A stretch of 63,227 nucleotides of DNA, counting the filler. It is 7 parts of 7 records of this genome, joined end to end, with 100 filler letters (N's around TTAATTAATTAA, not from the genome) between each part and the next. Parts side by side here need not be neighbours in the genome. Positions count along the whole stretch, not along the records: positions 57,890 to 63,227 come from SRR31156797_7864; 6 more parts are not named here. One strand, given 5' to 3'. Below, in pieces: positions 60,438 through 63,227 of the stretch. The position numbers were made by a program, and so were the translations under genes. The stretch's first letter is position 1, and each line of letters opens with the position of its first letter. The notes beneath the pieces were generated by a model. That model ran no database searches. It saw only the letters and a list, made by a program, of their open reading frames with translations, and was not told the DNA's origin.

Positions 60438-61207
60438 TATTTTTCTCCATGAATTGCGCCCTGGGGCAGTTCATCCAATTCAATCAGTGCATTGGGATCT
60501 AACGTTTTTGCGTTTTCCGGCGGCGTAAAAATAAATGCATTCGGGTTCAGGGGGCCGCCGGTCTTCCAGCTTTTGACACGAACGGTGTATTGGGGGGCAC
60601 TGTTGATGGTTTTACTGGTGATCACCAGTTTTCTTGGGATGGGCAATTTGCCGGTTTCAATCCAGATCTGCCAGTCTGTATCGGCATTACGAAAGGCAAG
60701 ATGTTCACAGTCTTTCCCGTCAATGACTCCATGCCCGATGTATTTTGCCTCTTGAATTCCGGCTGTCAGGATTTCATATGAATTTGTCACGAGAAGGTCT
60801 GCCCCGGGCAGGGCAACCCCGTGTCCCTGCCTCAGCATATGAATGAGGGAATCGATATCTCCCGGCGCCTCAAACTGTGCATACCCGTTAATATGTTTCC
60901 CATAGATACTTACGGTTTTACCGTCAAAAAACATGGATACATCTGCATATCCTCCCCACCGATGGGCCTTGAACCGGTCGGGACGTTTTAACAATGCCTC
61001 TCCGGAATTGGTAAACTGGATTTTCTCCAGGTGCGGGGTGATGATTTCAATGTCACTGTCAAACGATAATTCAATGGTTTGCTGCTCTCCCACATACGCC
61101 GACATGGCCTTCAGCAAAGCCAGCGCCTGATTTTCCTTGCACAGGACTGTTGCGGGAAATATCCATAGAAAACATAGCATAAAAAATAAAAAATATTTTG
61201 GCCGCAT
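60437..61207 (-). CDS. DUF2092-like periplasmic protein (LolA-like fold suspected)
   Basis: Signal peptide; RPDRF, FFDGKTVS, LPGADLL, CEHLAFR..DWQIWI, PRKLVITSK, FIFTPP; start MRPKY with AAGGAG RBS. Confidence 0.8.
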   Translation of the reverse strand: MRPKYFLFFMLCFLWIFPATVLCKENQALALLKAMSAYVGEQQTIELSFDSDIEIITPHLEKIQFTNSGEALLKRPDRFKAHRWGGYADVSMFFDGKTVSIYGKHINGYAQFEAPGDIDSLIHMLRQGHGVALPGADLLVTNSYEILTAGIQEAKYIGHGVIDGKDCEHLAFRNADTDWQIWIETGKLPIPRKLVITSKTINSAPQYTVRVKSWKTGGPLNPNAFIFTPPENAKTLDPNALIELDELPQGAIHGEK

Positions 61208-61271
61208 ACCGACAACTCCTTCAACTTGATTTTGTTTTGTATAAGGCACATCTGAATTTAGTCTAAATAAT

Positions 61272-61287
61272 AGCGAAATATGTGCCA
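61272..61287 (-). promoter_or_regulatory. Sigma54 -24/-12 promoter
   Basis: TGGCAC-ATATT-TCGCT (GG-N10-GC), 65 nt upstream of the DUF2092 start and immediately downstream of a sigma54 activator gene. Confidence 0.75.
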
Positions 61288-61412
61288 GAAGAGGTGAAAA
61301 TGTGGATTTGGCGTATAAGATGTTTTAATGATAGGGTATTGGGGCTGAGCTGATTTTGTTCCCAATAGGTTGGGAAGATAAATGCTTGCCGAAATGACGG
61401 CTTGCCGCCTTT

Positions 61413-63224
61413 TTATCGGCGACTATTTTTCGGACGCTGTATTCCGAGTTTTTTCATCTTTGACTGCAGGGTGGTCCGCTTCAGCCCAAGTGCAGCAGAA
61501 GCCGATTCCGGACCTGAGATCCGCCATTGTGTTTTTTCAAGCACCGAAAGAATATGTCTGCGCTCAATTTCCTCCAAGGTGTCATCTTCTGCCCGATTAT
61601 TATTGTTGCTGCTTTGGAACGGTAATATGTTCAAGGTCCTGGACTTGCTTGTGATCAGTGACCGTTCGATTATATTCTTTAATTCACGGATATTCCCGGG
61701 CCAATGATGCTCCTGCAGGGCAGTCATGGATTCGGCCGGGATATTGTCTATCCGCCGAGCCATCTTTTTTTCAAATTCGCGCACAAAGGCCCACGTCAGT
61801 GGCGGGATATCGTCTTTTCGTTCTCTTAACGGCGGGATATGGATGGGAAATATATTCAAGCGAAAAAACAGATCTTTTCTGAATTTCCCTTCGTCTACCA
61901 TTTTTTCAAGATCCTGATTGGTGGCTGCAATAATTCGTACATCCACATGAATTGTCCGGGTGGAGCCCAGGCGTTCAAACTTTTCCTGCTCAAGTACCCG
62001 CAGCAGCTTGGCTTGAATTTCCATGGGCAGTTCTCCCACCTCATCAAGGAAAAGTGTCGCTTTATCCGCGAGTTCAAATCTGCCGATCATTTTGGTTAGC
62101 GCCCCGGTATAAGCCCCTTTTTCCCGGCCGAACAATTCGCTTTCAACAAGGGTGGGGGGAAGGGATGCACAGTTGATGGTTACCATGGGGCGGTCCTTGC
62201 GGCGGCTCAGGCGATGAATGGCCCCTGCGATAAGTTCTTTTCCGGTGCCTGTTTCTCCTTGTATCAACACCGTGGCGTCGGTCAGGGCAACCTGTTCAAC
62301 CAGTGACAGGACATGGTTCATCTTTTTGCTTCTGGCAATGATTTCATCATCTAAGAAATGAGAATCAATTTGTTGATGGAGAAGCGTATTCTCTTGTTCA
62401 AGTTTTTGTTTCAGTGCCTGGATTTCATTGATTTTTGATCTCAGCTGCTGTTCCAGTGCCTTGTGGCTGCTGATGTCAATCGTGGTGCCCATTAAGTGTT
62501 TAGGCTGACTATAATCATCACAATAGACTTTTCCACGTGCCTTGACCCAGCAGGTGCTGTTGTCGTCTGTCCGGCCAATTCGAAACTCAACTTCAAAGGT
62601 GTCTTCATTATCAATAGCGGCTTGCACGGAGTTGCTGACCATGTCCCGATCTTCCTCAAGAATATGATCATTGAAGCTATCATAGTTCAATGCTTCATTC
62701 TGTTCAAAATCAAAAATGTCTCTGGTTTTCTGGGTGGCCCATACATGACGGCTGGCAATGTCCATCACCCAAAGGCCGATGTTTCCGCCCTGGGTGGCCA
62801 TGCGGAGCCGTTTTTCGTTCTCGCTTAATTTAAGCTCCTGCCTCCTTTTAGCCAAGGCGTTTGTGAACATCTGGCCGACCAGTGTCAGTTGGTCTACAAG
62901 AGGGTCATACCATTTTTTTTTATGCCGGATGGCATCGAAACTCATCACCCCAATCAGTTGATCTTCCCCGGAACACAAGGGCAAAGCCACAGAGGAGTGT
63001 ATGCCGAACCCCTCTCTGGAAGTTTTGTCTGTTTCTGCCTCCGGTGGCATTTCTTCGGTATAAATCGTCAGCGTCTCGCCTTTGAGCAGACGTTTAAGTG
63101 TCCATGGAAACGCCTCTTCGGCTCTAATCCCTTCAGGTTTTTCAGGCCCGTAAGGCGGGCTATGAAGATGGGTTAGGGTTAAATAATGGGGTGAGGAATC
63201 AGACCATTGCCATAGTGCTGACAA
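61413..63224 (-). CDS. Sigma54-dependent enhancer-binding protein (GAF-PAS-AAA+-HTH, FhlA-like); 5' truncated
   Basis: GETGTGKE, ESELFG.EKGAYTGA, FLDEVGE, WPGNIREL, HTH AAALGLKRTTL. Confidence 0.95.
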   Translation of the reverse strand: MSALWQWSDSSPHYLTLTHLHSPPYGPEKPEGIRAEEAFPWTLKRLLKGETLTIYTEEMPPEAETDKTSREGFGIHSSVALPLCSGEDQLIGVMSFDAIRHKKKWYDPLVDQLTLVGQMFTNALAKRRQELKLSENEKRLRMATQGGNIGLWVMDIASRHVWATQKTRDIFDFEQNEALNYDSFNDHILEEDRDMVSNSVQAAIDNEDTFEVEFRIGRTDDNSTCWVKARGKVYCDDYSQPKHLMGTTIDISSHKALEQQLRSKINEIQALKQKLEQENTLLHQQIDSHFLDDEIIARSKKMNHVLSLVEQVALTDATVLIQGETGTGKELIAGAIHRLSRRKDRPMVTINCASLPPTLVESELFGREKGAYTGALTKMIGRFELADKATLFLDEVGELPMEIQAKLLRVLEQEKFERLGSTRTIHVDVRIIAATNQDLEKMVDEGKFRKDLFFRLNIFPIHIPPLRERKDDIPPLTWAFVREFEKKMARRIDNIPAESMTALQEHHWPGNIRELKNIIERSLITSKSRTLNILPFQSSNNNNRAEDDTLEEIERRHILSVLEKTQWRISGPESASAALGLKRTTLQSKMKKLGIQRPKNSRR

Positions 63225-63227
63225 TTC

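Overview
The window is not one locus. It is seven unrelated assembly contigs joined by 100-nt N-spacers that carry TTAATTAATTAA, so gene context must not be read across the spacers. (1) 1-5035: Bacteroidota surface-polysaccharide locus with a nonulosonate synthase, Wzx, a pyruvyltransferase-like protein, a KpsS-like transferase and a probable wzy start. (2) 5136-10490: Arcobacter-like housekeeping region (ung, MFS, HAD, DUF4405, periplasmic rhodanese, CNNM/CBS). (3) 10591-34296: Bacteroidales-like contig with a tRNA fragment, an operon of two c-type cytochrome lipoproteins plus a beta-barrel, a GT3 glycogen synthase, hisS, nhaA, sufS/sufE, a TPR kinase, mazG, PAP2, lysC, a giant TPR + barrel pair and gyrB. 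(4) 34397-43872: Prolixibacteraceae/Draconibacterium-like contig (paired ferredoxin-MinD ATPases, NifX-like protein, MFS, MBL, degenerate M23, esterase, PHP, methyltransferase). (5) 43973-49366: low-GC, probably diderm organism with a multimodular GH16 lipoprotein divergent from an unrecognised acidic porin-like gene. (6) 49467-57789: Campylobacterota contig (GGDEF, zupT, phoD, fused phosphatase behind a Pho-box-like promoter, response regulator, MCP). (7) 57890-63227: Desulfobacterales-like sigma54 activator upstream of a sigma54-promoter operon of uncharacterised envelope proteins. Taxonomy is inferred from composition, promoter motifs and protein style only. Best candidates for undescribed systems: the Bacteroidales beaded-cytochrome/porin operon (10907-13603), the GH16 + orphan porin pair with tandem identical-loop hairpins (44112-49160), and the sigma54 DUF2092/cationic peptide/OMP/DUF3313 operon (58088-61287). 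No CRISPR array, rRNA or intact mobile element was seen.
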